Source of the DNA: an uncultured Gemmatimonadales bacterium
GTDB taxonomy: Bacteria; Gemmatimonadota; Gemmatimonadetes; Gemmatimonadales; GWC2-71-9
DNA length: 64,000 bases
Direction: 5' to 3'
Assembly: GCA_963739455.1 (NCBI GenBank)
Contig: CAVUAK010000001.1
Span: 1,376,001 to 1,440,000 of the forward strand
A program made the translations under genes and the position numbers. Under the pieces are notes generated by a model. That model searched no databases. It was not told the origin of the DNA and saw nothing but the letters and a program-made list of their open reading frames with translations. Shown here piece after piece: positions 53,058-63,882 of this stretch; within the stretch, counting starts at the first letter, position 1, and each line of letters opens with the position of its first letter.

Positions 53058-54986
53058 CTACCTGGCGCCCACCTCGTCGTTCTCCCCGCCGCCCATCCCT
53101 CGCGCGACCTCGGCGAGGCGGACGAACTCGGCGCGGTACCCGCCGGGATCGGTGCCAATGTTCTGGCGGGCCATCGCAATGACGTTCTCCCAACTCGACT
53201 GCGCCTTGTACTCCGAGTTTCGGAGGAGCATGCCGTACTCAGCCACGGCAGCAGCGAAGCGGAGGTTCTCGTTGCCGCTGGCATTGTCGTCGCGGCGCAC
53301 GGTCTCGGAGATGAGGCGACTGGCGCCCACACCAGTGGGCTGCTGGTAGCGCAGCTTCACGGTGAAGAGTTCGTCGGTTGAAGCGCCGGTGTTCTTCGGC
53401 GCCTGGTACTTGAGCGGATCGACGCTGGTGCCGGTGCCACCCTTGCCCACCAGGACCACCTCGTAGATCGCCGTGACAGCGTGACCCGCGCCGAGCTCGC
53501 CGCCATCCTTGGTGTCGTCATTGAAGTCTTCCGCCGCCATGAGGCGGTTCTCGTAGCCGATGAGGCGGTACTCCGCCACCTGCGCCGGATTGAACTCGAC
53601 CTGGACCTTCGCGTCCTTCGCGATGGTCACCAGGGTGGCGCCCATTTCCTGCACGAACACCTTTCGTGCCTCCATGATGTCGTCGACATAGGCGTAGTGA
53701 CCGTTGCCCTTGTCGGCGAGGGCCTCCATGCGGCTGTCCTTGAGGTTGCCGGTGCCAAAGCCGAGCACGGTGAGATAGGTGCCCTGCTGCTTCCTCGACT
53801 CGATAAGCCGCACCAGCTCGCCCTCGCTGGAGACACCGACGTTGAAGTCACCGTCGGTGGCGAGAATCACGCGGTTGTTGCCATTGGCGAGGTGATTCTG
53901 CTGCGCCACCTGGTAGGCGAGCTTGATGCCCTCGCCGCCGGCGGTAGAGCCACCGGCCTGGAGCTCATCGAGCGCCGCAAGGATGGTGCGCTTGTCGGAG
54001 CCGGGCGTGGATGGAAGCACCAGGCCCGCGGCTCCGGCATAGACGACGATCGCGACGCGATCCTCCGGGCGAAGCTGCTCGACCAGGAGACGGAAGGCGC
54101 GCTGCACGAGCGGCAGCTTGTCGGGCGACGCCATGGAGCCGGAGACATCGAGCAGGAAGACGAGGTTGCTGGGCGGCAGCTCGCGCGCATCGATGCGGCG
54201 GCCCTGCAGCCCAATGAGTACGAGGCGATGGTCGTTGGCCCATGGTGCCGGCATTTGCGCGGTAGTTACGGAAAAGGGGTCGCTGCCGCGGGGATCGGGA
54301 TAGTTGTAGGGGAAATAGTTGATGAGCTCTTCGACACGCACGGCATCGGCGGGCGGACGCTGTCCCTGGGTGAGGAAGCGGCGGACGTTGGAGTAGGATG
54401 CAGCGTCAACGTCGATCGCGAAGGTCGAGAGCGGGCTCGTCGCGGGGCGCTGGAACCCGTTGTCCCTGAAGTTGTGGTAGTCCTCGGTGTTGAACGGCTG
54501 CTGCCTGGCGTACGCCACACCCGGCATGTTGAAGGTCGAGGTCGCGCTCATGCCGAGGGCACGGACGCCGGGAGGCACGGCCTGCTTCGAGGCTACCTCG
54601 TCGCGTGCCGCGATGTCCTTCTCCTTCTCGTCGAGGCGTCCGGGTACCAGGCGAATATCGACAGTGGTGGCCTGGCCGGCGCGCACCACCACATTTGCAA
54701 TTACCGCGGTCTTCCACCCGGTCTGGGTAGCGCGAACGGTGACCATGCCTACGGGTACGCTGGTGAGGGCGTAGTGGCCGAGTGGATCGCTGACGGTGGA
54801 GATGCGGGTGCCGTCGACGGAAACAGCGACCCCGGCGATCAGGGCACCGTTGATGTCACGGACGGCGCCCTCGATGCGGCCGGTGGCCACGGGGCGGTCG
54901 GCCAGGGGAACCGCGGGGATCAGGGCGCAGGCGAGTGCCAGGCCCCGGGATTCGCGCAGCAGGTGCTGGAGAAAGGTGAAAGACAT
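53058..54986 (-). CDS. vWA-domain protein (YfbK-like) with N-terminal carboxypeptidase-regulatory-like domain
   Basis: STFAIDVD.ASY, DVSGS MIDAS, ATDGDFNVG, YRLIGYENR; GGAG RBS. Confidence 0.92.
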   Translation of the reverse strand: MSFTFLQHLLRESRGLALACALIPAVPLADRPVATGRIEGAVRDINGALIAGVAVSVDGTRISTVSDPLGHYALTSVPVGMVTVRATQTGWKTAVIANVVVRAGQATTVDIRLVPGRLDEKEKDIAARDEVASKQAVPPGVRALGMSATSTFNMPGVAYARQQPFNTEDYHNFRDNGFQRPATSPLSTFAIDVDAASYSNVRRFLTQGQRPPADAVRVEELINYFPYNYPDPRGSDPFSVTTAQMPAPWANDHRLVLIGLQGRRIDARELPPSNLVFLLDVSGSMASPDKLPLVQRAFRLLVEQLRPEDRVAIVVYAGAAGLVLPSTPGSDKRTILAALDELQAGGSTAGGEGIKLAYQVAQQNHLANGNNRVILATDGDFNVGVSSEGELVRLIESRKQQGTYLTVLGFGTGNLKDSRMEALADKGNGHYAYVDDIMEARKVFVQEMGATLVTIAKDAKVQVEFNPAQVAEYRLIGYENRLMAAEDFNDDTKDGGELGAGHAVTAIYEVVLVGKGGTGTSVDPLKYQAPKNTGASTDELFTVKLRYQQPTGVGASRLISETVRRDDNASGNENLRFAAAVAEYGMLLRNSEYKAQSSWENVIAMARQNIGTDPGGYRAEFVRLAEVARGMGGGENDEVGAR

Positions 54987-55046
54987 TGCACGGCTCCATT
55001 GTGATGGTCGCATGGGGATGCGGGGAGCCGGGATTGGTGCACAAGA

Positions 55047-55142
55047 CAGTCGGCAGTCGGCAGTCGTCAATCGGCAAGGAGTCGTCAGTCGACGTAAGTG
55101 GCTGTTGACTCTCTGACGACTGTCGACTGCCGACTGCCGACT
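55047..55142. repeat. Inverted pair of heptamer arrays (GTCGGCA)n ... (TGCCGAC)n
   Basis: Left arm 55047-55093, right arm 55114-55142. Confidence 0.9.
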
Positions 55143-55147
55143 TGGAC

Positions 55148-56368
55148 CTAGACGCGACGCTCCGGTGAGATGATGTCGGCGAACAGGAGGCCTGCAACGA
55201 GCGCGATGGCAGTGAGGACCATACGGAAGGCGGTCTGCACAGCGGGGACAACCTGGGCGTCGAGGAGCGACGACAGACTATTGAAGCCGATGGTTCCGGG
55301 GACGAGCATGAGCGTACCGGGAACGAGCATCACCACCGACGGCCGATTGCGGAGGCGACTGAAGAGGTTGCTGGCGATCCCGACCACCGAGGCGCCGACG
55401 AAGCTGCCCAGCTCGAGTCCAAGCGCCTGGGCGCCGATGCGTCCAGAGAGGACGGCGAGGAGCCCGGCGAGCACGACCCAGGGTGCATCGCGCAGCTCGG
55501 CCTTGAGGATCACGGTGAAGGCGAGGCCGGCGAGGAGTGCGCTGAGGAAAAACGTCCACTCGGGCAATGGCTGAATGGGTGCCAGCATCGGCGGCCCGAC
55601 CACGACAAGAGCGAGGCGGTTGCCGAGTGCGACGCCAAAGATGATGCCGAGAAACGTGATGCCGGCACCGGCGAGACGGGCGGTGCCCGACGCGAGGTGG
55701 CGAGTGGAGAGCTCGCGAATGGCGATGGTGAGCATGAAGCCCGGAATGAGCACGATGAGCCCGGCGAGCGTCGCGGTCATGGTGGCGAACGGCATCCAGA
55801 TGACGCTCAACACGCCGGCAATGAAGCTGGCGGTGCACGCGGCGACCGGCTCGTAGACGTCGCCCAGTGGCTTCACCCTGGCGGCCAGGAGTGCCAGGAG
55901 GCCGGTGATGATCCCGATGACCACGCCGACACCGATCTCGCGCAGGCCGCCGCCAAGGAAACGGGCGACGGCGCCAGAGGTGAGGGCGAAGGCGGTCACC
56001 AGGAGCACATCGCCGTACGGCGCGGGGGACGCCTCGATCTCGTCGATGCGGGCGAGGCCGGCCTCGGGCGACATGGTGCCACCCACGACGTCGCTCACGA
56101 TCCGGTCCAGCCGGGTGAGGTGCGTCAGGCTGATCGAGCCGGGCTCGACCCGGAGGAGGTGCGTCCGCTGATTGTCGAGCGCACCGAACGCCGCATAGAT
56201 GGCGGTGGGCGTGGAGAAAATCTGGGGAAGGGGCAGCCCGAGCTTCTCGGCGAGCCGGGCCATGGCGCGTTCGAGGCGGCTGGCGGAGAACCCGGCGCGG
56301 TGGAGTGCGCGGCCCATGCGGAGCACGAACTCGACGGCATGCGGTGAGAGCGGTGCGGATGACGTCAC
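55148..56368 (-). CDS. ThrE family threonine/serine exporter
   Basis: GRALHRAG.SASRLE, STPT, LIPG, AIREL, LVPG; about 10 TM. Confidence 0.88.
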   Translation of the reverse strand: MTSSAPLSPHAVEFVLRMGRALHRAGFSASRLERAMARLAEKLGLPLPQIFSTPTAIYAAFGALDNQRTHLLRVEPGSISLTHLTRLDRIVSDVVGGTMSPEAGLARIDEIEASPAPYGDVLLVTAFALTSGAVARFLGGGLREIGVGVVIGIITGLLALLAARVKPLGDVYEPVAACTASFIAGVLSVIWMPFATMTATLAGLIVLIPGFMLTIAIRELSTRHLASGTARLAGAGITFLGIIFGVALGNRLALVVVGPPMLAPIQPLPEWTFFLSALLAGLAFTVILKAELRDAPWVVLAGLLAVLSGRIGAQALGLELGSFVGASVVGIASNLFSRLRNRPSVVMLVPGTLMLVPGTIGFNSLSSLLDAQVVPAVQTAFRMVLTAIALVAGLLFADIISPERRV

Positions 56369-56409
56369 GCGCCGAAGATAGCGGGAGTGCCGGGGCAGCG
56401 CGTTAGGTT

Positions 56410-57687
56410 ATGCGCGTGACTGACGAGCGAGCGGAAGGTCCGGGAAGAATCGTGATCGTCGGTGCCGGCGCGACCGGTACGATGGCGGCAATTTTCGCGG
56501 CCGAGGCTGCCGCGTTGCGGTTGCCCCGGCGTGAGGTGTTGCTGCTGGAGCGGACGCAGGATGGGGGGCGGAAGATCCTCATCAGCGGTGGCGGACGCTG
56601 CAACATCCTCCCGTCGAAGGTCGACGTGACGCGGTTCGTCACCGACTCATCGACCAACAGCCTGCGCAACATCCTCAAGGGCTGGCCACTGGAGGAGCAG
56701 GTTCGCTTCTTCAACGAGCGGCTCGGCCTCGACCTTACGCTCGAGGAGGAGAGCGGGAAGCTCTTTCCGCGATCGAACAAGGCGCGGGACGTGCGCGACG
56801 GGCTGCTCGCGCTGGCGACGTCGGTCGGTGTGCAAATGCGCTTCGGCGTGACAGTGGAGAGCGTGGAGCCGCCGGGCAGGCTGGGCGAGGAATGGCAGGT
56901 CGTGTTGACGGGCGGCGAGCGGATTGCAGCAAGTGCCGTGGTGCTGGCGACGGGAGGGCTCTCGGTGCCGGCGACGGGGAGCGACGGCACGGGGCTCCGG
57001 GTCGCGGCAGCGCTGGGGCATGAAATGCATCCTACTTATCCGGCGCTCACCCCACTCACGGCGAATGAACCTCGACACTCGGCGCTCTCGGGGATTTCGC
57101 TTCCCGTCACACTGGGCGCACGGGTGGATGGGAAGCGATTCAGTGCCACCGGTGGATTCCTGTTCACGCACAGGGGGTACAGCGGGCCATCGGTGCTGGA
57201 CCTGTCGCACCTCGCGGTGCGGTCGCGGCTCGGGGGTATGGCGAGGCAGGAGATCACGGTGCAGTGGACCCCACTCGACGCTGCAGCCTGGGAGGAACGG
57301 CTCCGCGCCGGCGGGACGGTGCACGTGGGTACGCTGGTGCGGCGCGAGCTGCCCGAACGCCTGGCGGAGATGGTGCTGGCGTCGGCGGAAGTGAATGGTT
57401 CCACGCCGGCGGCGCAGCTCAAGCGCGACGATCGACAGCGCCTGGTGACGGCGCTCGCGAGCATGGCCCTGCCGTGGACGGGCGATGAGGGCTACAAGAA
57501 GGCAGAGGTGACGGGCGGAGGTGTCGCTCTCAGTGAGATCGATCCACGGACGATGGAGAGCCGGCGGCACCGAGGATTGTTCCTGTGTGGTGAAATGCTG
57601 GACGCGTTCGGGCCGATCGGGGGATACAACTTCTTGTGGGCGTGGGCGACGGGGAGGGCGGCGGGGATTGGAGCGGGAACAGCATGA
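56410..57687 (+). CDS. HI0933/YhiN (BaiN-like) flavoprotein oxidoreductase
   Basis: GAGATG, GRKILISGGGRCN, ATGGLS.P.TGSDG, FTHRG.SGP, VTGGGV, GGYN...AW.TG. Confidence 0.93.
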   Translation: MRVTDERAEGPGRIVIVGAGATGTMAAIFAAEAAALRLPRREVLLLERTQDGGRKILISGGGRCNILPSKVDVTRFVTDSSTNSLRNILKGWPLEEQVRFFNERLGLDLTLEEESGKLFPRSNKARDVRDGLLALATSVGVQMRFGVTVESVEPPGRLGEEWQVVLTGGERIAASAVVLATGGLSVPATGSDGTGLRVAAALGHEMHPTYPALTPLTANEPRHSALSGISLPVTLGARVDGKRFSATGGFLFTHRGYSGPSVLDLSHLAVRSRLGGMARQEITVQWTPLDAAAWEERLRAGGTVHVGTLVRRELPERLAEMVLASAEVNGSTPAAQLKRDDRQRLVTALASMALPWTGDEGYKKAEVTGGGVALSEIDPRTMESRRHRGLFLCGEMLDAFGPIGGYNFLWAWATGRAAGIGAGTA

Positions 57688-57728
57688 GGAGGAACCGCAA
57701 CTGCGTGAGGAGGAACTACGACTGCGTA
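57678..57728 (+). repeat. 21-mer array x2.5 overlapping both convergent stop codons
   Basis: AACAGCATGAGGAGGAACCGC AACTGCGTGAGGAGGAACTAC GACTGCGTA. Confidence 0.92.
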
Positions 57729-59807
57729 AAGCGGGTCGTATCCAGCACGAAGGCATACCTGAAGGCGACTTCCCTCAAGTAATCGTACCTCCCACTGGCC
57801 CCGGCGTGACCGGCGCCCATGTTGGTGCGGAGGAGCAACCGATTGCTGTCGGTCTTCAGTTCGCGAAGCTTCGCGGTCCACTTGGCCGGCTCCCAATAGG
57901 CCACGCGGGGATCGTTGAGCCCGGCCGTGACGAGCAGGTTGGGATACGCCTTCGGCGCCACGTTGTCGTATGGTGAATACGACAGGATGTACCGGTAGGC
58001 CGACTCGTCGGCGGTGGGATTGCCCCACTCGTCGTACTCGATGACGGTGAGTGGCAGGCTCGGGTCGAGCATGGTGTTGACGACGTCCACGAAGGGCACG
58101 TCGGCCACCACGGTGGTAAACAGGTCGGGCCGGAGGTTGGTGACGGCGCCCATGAGCAGGCCGCCGGCGCTGCCGCCGGTAATCGCCAGGCGGTCGCTGG
58201 AGGTGTAGCGCTGCGCGACCAGGTGCTCAGCGCAGGCAATGAAGTCGGTGAAGGTGTTGCGCTTCTTCTTCTGCTTCCCGTCGTCGTACCAGCGACGGCC
58301 CATTTCCTCGCCGCCGCGCACGTGGGCGATGCCCACGATGAATCCCCGATCGAGCAGGCTCAGGTAGTGAGACGAGAACGAGGGATCGAAGTTGATCCCG
58401 TAGGAGCCGTACGCCTGGAGGTACATCGGGCGCTGGCCGTCCTGCACGAGCGGCTCCTTCCACACCAGCGAAATCGGCACCTGCACACCGTCGCCGGCGG
58501 TGGCCTGGAGACGGGCAGAGCGATACTGCGTCCGGTCGTACCCGCTGGGGATGACCTGTTCCTTCCGCAGGCTCCAGGTGCGCGCGTTCATGTCATAGTC
58601 GACGACCGACGCGGGGGTGACGAGCGAGGTGTAGGTGAAGCGGACGGTGCTGGAGTTCCACTCGGGGTTACCGTGGCGGCGCACGCTGTACACCGGCTCC
58701 GGGAAGGCCACCCGATGGCTCATGCCGCCGTCGATGTCGATGATCCTGACCTGCGGCAGCCCGCCCTCGCGCTCGTACACCACGAGGTGCGAGGCGAACG
58801 CCTCCACCGCGTCGAGCTTGATGGACTCGGTGGGCGGAATGACGACCTGCCACGCGGTGGACGGATCGCTGGTGGGCACACTCACCAGCTGGAAGTTGCG
58901 GGCACCCTTGTTGGTGACGAGGTAGAACCGGTCGCCACGATGGGTGACGTCGTACTCGATGCCGGCCATGCGCGGGCGCACGATCCGGAACGGCGCTTCC
59001 GGCTGCGTGGCCGGGGCGTAGCGCGTCTCGGACGTGGCGTGACTGGCCGACTCGATGAGAAGGAAGGCGCGACTCTTCGTGAGCTCGACGCCCACCCAGA
59101 AGGCCTCGTCCCTCTCCTCGTACACCATGGTATCTGCGCCCAGGGTGCCGACCCGATGGCGCCAGACCTGTGAGGGCCGCTGGGCGGCGTCCAGGGTGAC
59201 GTAGAACAGCGTCTCACTGTCAGCGGCCCAGGCGAGATTACCGCTGGTACCTGGAATGGCCTCGGAAAGAATGGTGCCGGTGACCAGGTCCTTCACGCGC
59301 GCGACGTAGACCTCGGAGCCGGAGATATCCTCGCCCCAGGTAAGGCGCCGCTGGTCAGGGCTGACGCGTGAGGCCGGCGGCCCGGTAGTAGGCGTGCCCG
59401 GCGGCCCGCTCGTTCTGGTCGAGCAGCACTTCCTCGGCAGCATCAGCGGCGTCGCGGCGCCGGCAGAGGATCGGGTACTGGCTTCCCTCAGCGGTGCGCA
59501 GGTAGTAGAGCCACCCGCTCTCGAGCTCGGGAACGGTGAGGTCCGTCTCCTGGATTCGTCCACGCAGCTCCTGGAACAGCGTCTCCTGCAGCGCGCGCGT
59601 CGGCTGCATGACGGTGTCGGTCCAGGCATTCTCGGCCCGCAGGTACTCGAGCACGGCCGGGTCTTCCCGGTCCCGAAGCCAGAAGTACTGGTCGACGCGG
59701 GTATCACCATGCACTGTCGTGACATGGGGGCGCCGCGGGGCTCCCGGAGGGGTGGGGCCCGACGGGGCCTCCAGGGCAGGACCAGGGATGGTGGACGGGG
59801 TACTCAT
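57716..59807 (-). CDS. ptrB: Oligopeptidase B (S9A); frameshift near 59372
   Basis: HGD.RVD.Y.WLRD, YGSYG, HVRGG, GGSAGG, EYDEWGNP, DPRV.YWEPAKW, GH.GASGR. Confidence 0.92.
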
Positions 59808-59957
59808 AGGGGGCGGGAAATAGCGGCAACCAGGGACGGGCGTCAAGCGCGTGTCCAGTTTGGGAGGTATCTTTGACGACACAATCTCCGCCCGACGGCA
59901 GGGAATCCAGTGGCGCAGGTTGGCCTCCTAACTCACTTCGTAACAAGAGGTTGAAGC

Positions 59958-61402
59958 ATGAAGCGGTGCATCATATCGATGCTCCTTGCTGTCGCGACGG
60001 TGGCCTGTGCCACCAACCCTGTTACAGGGAAATCCGAGCTCTCACTCATCTCTGAATCGCAGGAGATCGAGATCGGGCGCCAGGAGGCCCAGAAGACGCT
60101 CCAATCGATCGGCGAGTACGACAATGCCGCGGCGCAGGCGCTGGTGCGGCAGATCGGGATGCACATGGCGTCAACGTCGGAGCGGCCCAACCTCCCGTGG
60201 GAATTCCACGTGCTCGACGACGCCCAGGTAAACGCGTTCGCCCTGCCGGGCGGCTACATCTTCGTGACGCGCGGGATCATGGCGTACATGAACGACGAGG
60301 CGGAGCTGGCATCGGTGATCGGTCATGAGATCGGGCACGTGACGGCGCAAGCACTCGGTGAGCCAGATGAGCAACCAGCAACTGGCCCAGGTGGGCCTGG
60401 TGGCCGGGATGGTGATCTCGCCCACGGTGCGGGGCATGGGCGCCGAGCTGCAGCAGGGAATGCAGCTGCTCTTCCTCAAGTTCAGCCGGGATGACGAGTC
60501 GCAAGCCGACGTGCTCGGCTTCCGGTACATGGCGAAGGACGGTTACGACGTGCGCGCGGCGACGGACATGTTCCGCACGCTGGACCGGATCAGCGGCCCG
60601 CCAGGACAACGGCTGCCGGAATGGGCGTCCACCCACCCCGACCCCGACAACCGGGTGCACAAGGCGGAGCAGCGGGCGGACTCACTGCAGCAGGGTGGGC
60701 GCAGCCTCAGCGGCGCAACGATCGGCCGCGAGTCGTACATGAAGCTGCTGGACGGATTCGCCTTCGGGGAGGATCCGCGGCAGGGCTACTTCAAGAACGG
60801 GGTGTTCTATCATCCCGACCTCAAGTTCGAGCTGACGTTTCCCGCGGGGTGGCCGACGCAGAACAAGCCGGAAGGGGTGCTCGCGGCGTCGCCGCAGTCA
60901 GATGCGGCGGTGCAACTGCGCCTGGCGGGGAAGGGCACGTCGGCGGCCACGGCGGCCAGTACGTTCTTTTCGCAGGAGGGAGTGCAGACCGCCGGAACGA
61001 GCAATGCGCGGATCAACGGACTGCCGGCGACCGCGGGCGATTTCCAGGCGCACCTCGAGGACGGCACGACCGTGGCCGGCAGCTGCCGCGTTCATCGAGT
61101 ACGGCGAGTACACGTACATGATCATGGGGTATACGCTGCCGTCGCACACGCAGTCGGTGGCGGCGATCCGGCAGGTGATGCGCACCTTCAAGCCGCTCAC
61201 CGACCCGGCATACCTCAATGTGCAGGCGGCGCGACTCGACATGGTGAAGGTGCCGCGCGAGATGTCGCTGGAGCAGTTCAACCGCCAGTTCCCCTCGACG
61301 ATCAGCATGGCCCAGCTGGCCGCGATCAACGGGGTGGACAATGAGAGCTCTGCGTTGCGGGCGGGGCAACTGGCGAAGCGGGTGACCGGGGGACTCAAGT
61401 AA
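59958..61402 (+). CDS. M48 family zinc metalloprotease lipoprotein; frameshifts near 60350 and 61085
   Basis: VACATNPVTG, NAFALPGG, HEIGH, FSRDDESQAD, STHP. Confidence 0.9.
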
Positions 61403-61423
61403 CTGTCACGCTGGAGCGCAGGT

Positions 61424-63298
61424 TTGCCGGAGTCGCCACACAACGTCCGATTTCCCATCATGGCACCGCCGCGTCCGTCGACGGTGCATGAGGTTGCGTC
61501 CGCGTCCGACGCCGGTCGCCGGCGGGGTCGCAACGTGGACGCGGTCGCCGTCTTGGGCCTTGGGCTGCCACAGGACGACCTCGACATCGTGGTGCTCGCG
61601 GTGTCGGATGGCCTGGGCGAGCATGCGCGGGGTGACGGCACCAGTTCGGTGGCGGTCGAGGCGTTCGGGGATGCGCTGGGCGGGCTGGTGGGTTCGCTGC
61701 ATATCGGGCCGCGCTGGCAGTTCGCGATGGCGGAGATCGTGGAGACGGCGGTGGCCGACACGAACGCGAGGGTTCGCGCGCTGCCGGAGGTGAGCGACGG
61801 CGTGCCGGCGGCCACCACGCTCACGGCGGCGGTCCTGATGGGCGACTGGCTCTGTGCGGTGCACGTGGGGAACAGCCGGGTATACCGGTTGTCGGCGAAC
61901 GAGCTGGAGCAGCTCACCGAGGATCATGCGCAGGACCCGCTCGCGCTGCTCACGCCGCCGCGCGAGGACATGCTCACGATCAACGACACGGGGCGCCTGG
62001 CGTCGGCGCTGGGCGTGTCCGAGGTGGCGACGCCGAGCGTGCTGTTCCGGCGGATAGCGCCGGGTGACGTCATCGCGGTGTGCAGCGATGGCCTGCATGA
62101 GCAGCTGGAGGGTGAGGAACTCGCGCGGCTGCTGAATGCGCCCGGTTCGCTGGAGGACATCGCGGCGCGGCTGGTGGCCGCGGCGAATGCGCATGGGGGC
62201 GACGACAACGTCAGTGTTTGCCTGGCGCGGGTGGGGAAGGTGACGACCCGGCTCCCGGCCCCGGATGAGCGGGCGGCCCGCCTGTACGGCGACGTCGCGG
62301 CGACGATCCTGCCGAGGTACCAGGCGGAGGCTCCACGGCAATGGCTGCCCGACCGGATCGGGCTGGTGGCGGGATTCCTGGGTTCGCTGGTGTTGCTGGT
62401 GGGGTTCGTGGCGTGGGATGGTTATAAGGCGGGGAAGGCGGGGAAGGCGGGGAGGGCGGGTGAAGAGAGGGCGGGGATGGCGGGGATGGCGGGGAAGGCG
62501 GGGAAGGCGGGAGACGTTCTCGCAGAGTCGGTGTGGAGTGCGGGGCCGGCACCTGCGCCGCCCCCGGTGGCGGTGGCAGCAGATACGCACGCCGTTGCAG
62601 AGAAGCCGACCAAGTCGGCTGTGAGTATCGACTCGACCCCGCGTGTTCCGTCGGCGGTGGTTGCGGACTCGATCGCGGGGGCACTGGCCCTCAAGCGAGA
62701 GGCGGCGCAGGAAAAGGTGCAGCGCCTGCGCGATTCGCTGGTCGAGTCGCGCATGGCGGAGGCGGAGCGTCAACGGCGCGACTCGGTGGAACTGGCCGAC
62801 GCGGCCGCGGTGAGGCTGGCAGAGCAGCGCTCGCGAGATTCCTCTGCCGCCGCCGAGAAGCACCGGCGCGACTCGGTCGAGGCACAGGAGCGGGTGGAGG
62901 CGCAGGCGCGGGCGGCGGCGCAGGCGGAAACGACGCGGGTGACCCAGGAGCGCTTGCGGGAGACGCGGCTGGCCTCGGGGCGCGCGGCGCTCAACGGGTG
63001 GTTGCAGCGCGTGGTCGCAGCGGTGAGTGCGGGAGAATCACACGCGGCGGTACTGACGGCGGGGCCATCGAGCTTTGCCGCGTTCGTGGAGAAGAACAGC
63101 CCGAAGATCTCGGACGCGAGCATGACGTCGCTCGAGGTGGATGAATCATCGGGCGAGGCGACGGCGGAGTGGCTGCTCAAGTGGCGGAGCAACTTCGGCA
63201 CGGCGACACAGCGACGGGTGAAGGCATCGGCGACGGTGGTGCGCGATGGAGAGACATGGCGCCTGCTGGGGTGGAAGATTCTCGAGGGGGAGCCGTGA
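61424..63298 (+). CDS. PP2C/PPM-like phosphatase with TM, coiled coil and NTF2-like C-terminal domain
   Basis: SDAGRRR..NVD, SDGLG, TTLT, HVGNSR, QLTEDH, CSDGL, GGDDNVS. Confidence 0.8.
   Translation: MPESPHNVRFPIMAPPRPSTVHEVASASDAGRRRGRNVDAVAVLGLGLPQDDLDIVVLAVSDGLGEHARGDGTSSVAVEAFGDALGGLVGSLHIGPRWQFAMAEIVETAVADTNARVRALPEVSDGVPAATTLTAAVLMGDWLCAVHVGNSRVYRLSANELEQLTEDHAQDPLALLTPPREDMLTINDTGRLASALGVSEVATPSVLFRRIAPGDVIAVCSDGLHEQLEGEELARLLNAPGSLEDIAARLVAAANAHGGDDNVSVCLARVGKVTTRLPAPDERAARLYGDVAATILPRYQAEAPRQWLPDRIGLVAGFLGSLVLLVGFVAWDGYKAGKAGKAGRAGEERAGMAGMAGKAGKAGDVLAESVWSAGPAPAPPPVAVAADTHAVAEKPTKSAVSIDSTPRVPSAVVADSIAGALALKREAAQEKVQRLRDSLVESRMAEAERQRRDSVELADAAAVRLAEQRSRDSSAAAEKHRRDSVEAQERVEAQARAAAQAETTRVTQERLRETRLASGRAALNGWLQRVVAAVSAGESHAAVLTAGPSSFAAFVEKNSPKISDASMTSLEVDESSGEATAEWLLKWRSNFGTATQRRVKASATVVRDGETWRLLGWKILEGEP
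62427..62511 (+). repeat. Nonamer array x~9 read as KAG/RAG/MAG directly after the TM helix
   Basis: Read directly. Confidence 0.93.
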
Positions 63299-63882
63299 TG
63301 ATAAAGGCGGGGAGGGCGGGGAGGGCGGGGAAGGCGGGGAAGGCGCTGGGGTTCCTATTGCTACTTGCGGTGCCGCTCGCGGCGCAGTCGCGGGAGCTCG
63401 TATCCGTCCAGGTGTCCGGGGAACTGGTGTTCCCGACGGAAGACTACGGTGTACTGGAGAAGAGCGTGACGCTTGGGTGGGAGGCGCAGGCGCGCCTCAC
63501 GTTCGGGCGCTTCTCGGTCGGTGCCGGCTACCAGCGGAGCACGGTGTTCAAGTCTGACGCGAGCGTCGGGGATATCACGGCGACGCTGTCGGTGGGCTTC
63601 GTGGAACCGAGATATGTGCTGGGGGTGTTCGGGAATGTGGCGGCGCCCTATGTGGCGGCGCGACTCGGTTACGGCGGGCTGCTGATCCGCTCGCCGAGTG
63701 ACCTGGTCCGCTCGACGGAGAACTCGTTCATCTACGGCGGCGGCGCGGGCGTGATCTTCCAGCTGGCGCAGCGGGTCGGCATCGACCTCGGCGCACAGTA
63801 CTTCGTCGCGGACTTCACTGGGAACCAGGGAAGCGCGGGTTATTTCCTCACTCGACTTGGGGTGTCTGTTGGTCTCTTCTAG
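63298..63882 (+). CDS. Small outer-membrane beta-barrel protein
   Basis: MIKAGRAGRAGKAGKALGFLLLLAVPLAAQ signal; PYV...GYG, YGGGAG, terminal F. Confidence 0.8.
   Translation: MIKAGRAGRAGKAGKALGFLLLLAVPLAAQSRELVSVQVSGELVFPTEDYGVLEKSVTLGWEAQARLTFGRFSVGAGYQRSTVFKSDASVGDITATLSVGFVEPRYVLGVFGNVAAPYVAARLGYGGLLIRSPSDLVRSTENSFIYGGGAGVIFQLAQRVGIDLGAQYFVADFTGNQGSAGYFLTRLGVSVGLF
63305..63345 (+). repeat. Nonamer array x4 forming a signal-peptide n-region
   Basis: Read directly. Confidence 0.94.

Noticed and set aside
25201..57728. 21-mer repeats as CRISPR arrays
   Set aside because: Units are directly adjacent with no unique spacers, there are only 2-3 copies per locus, and no cas genes are present.
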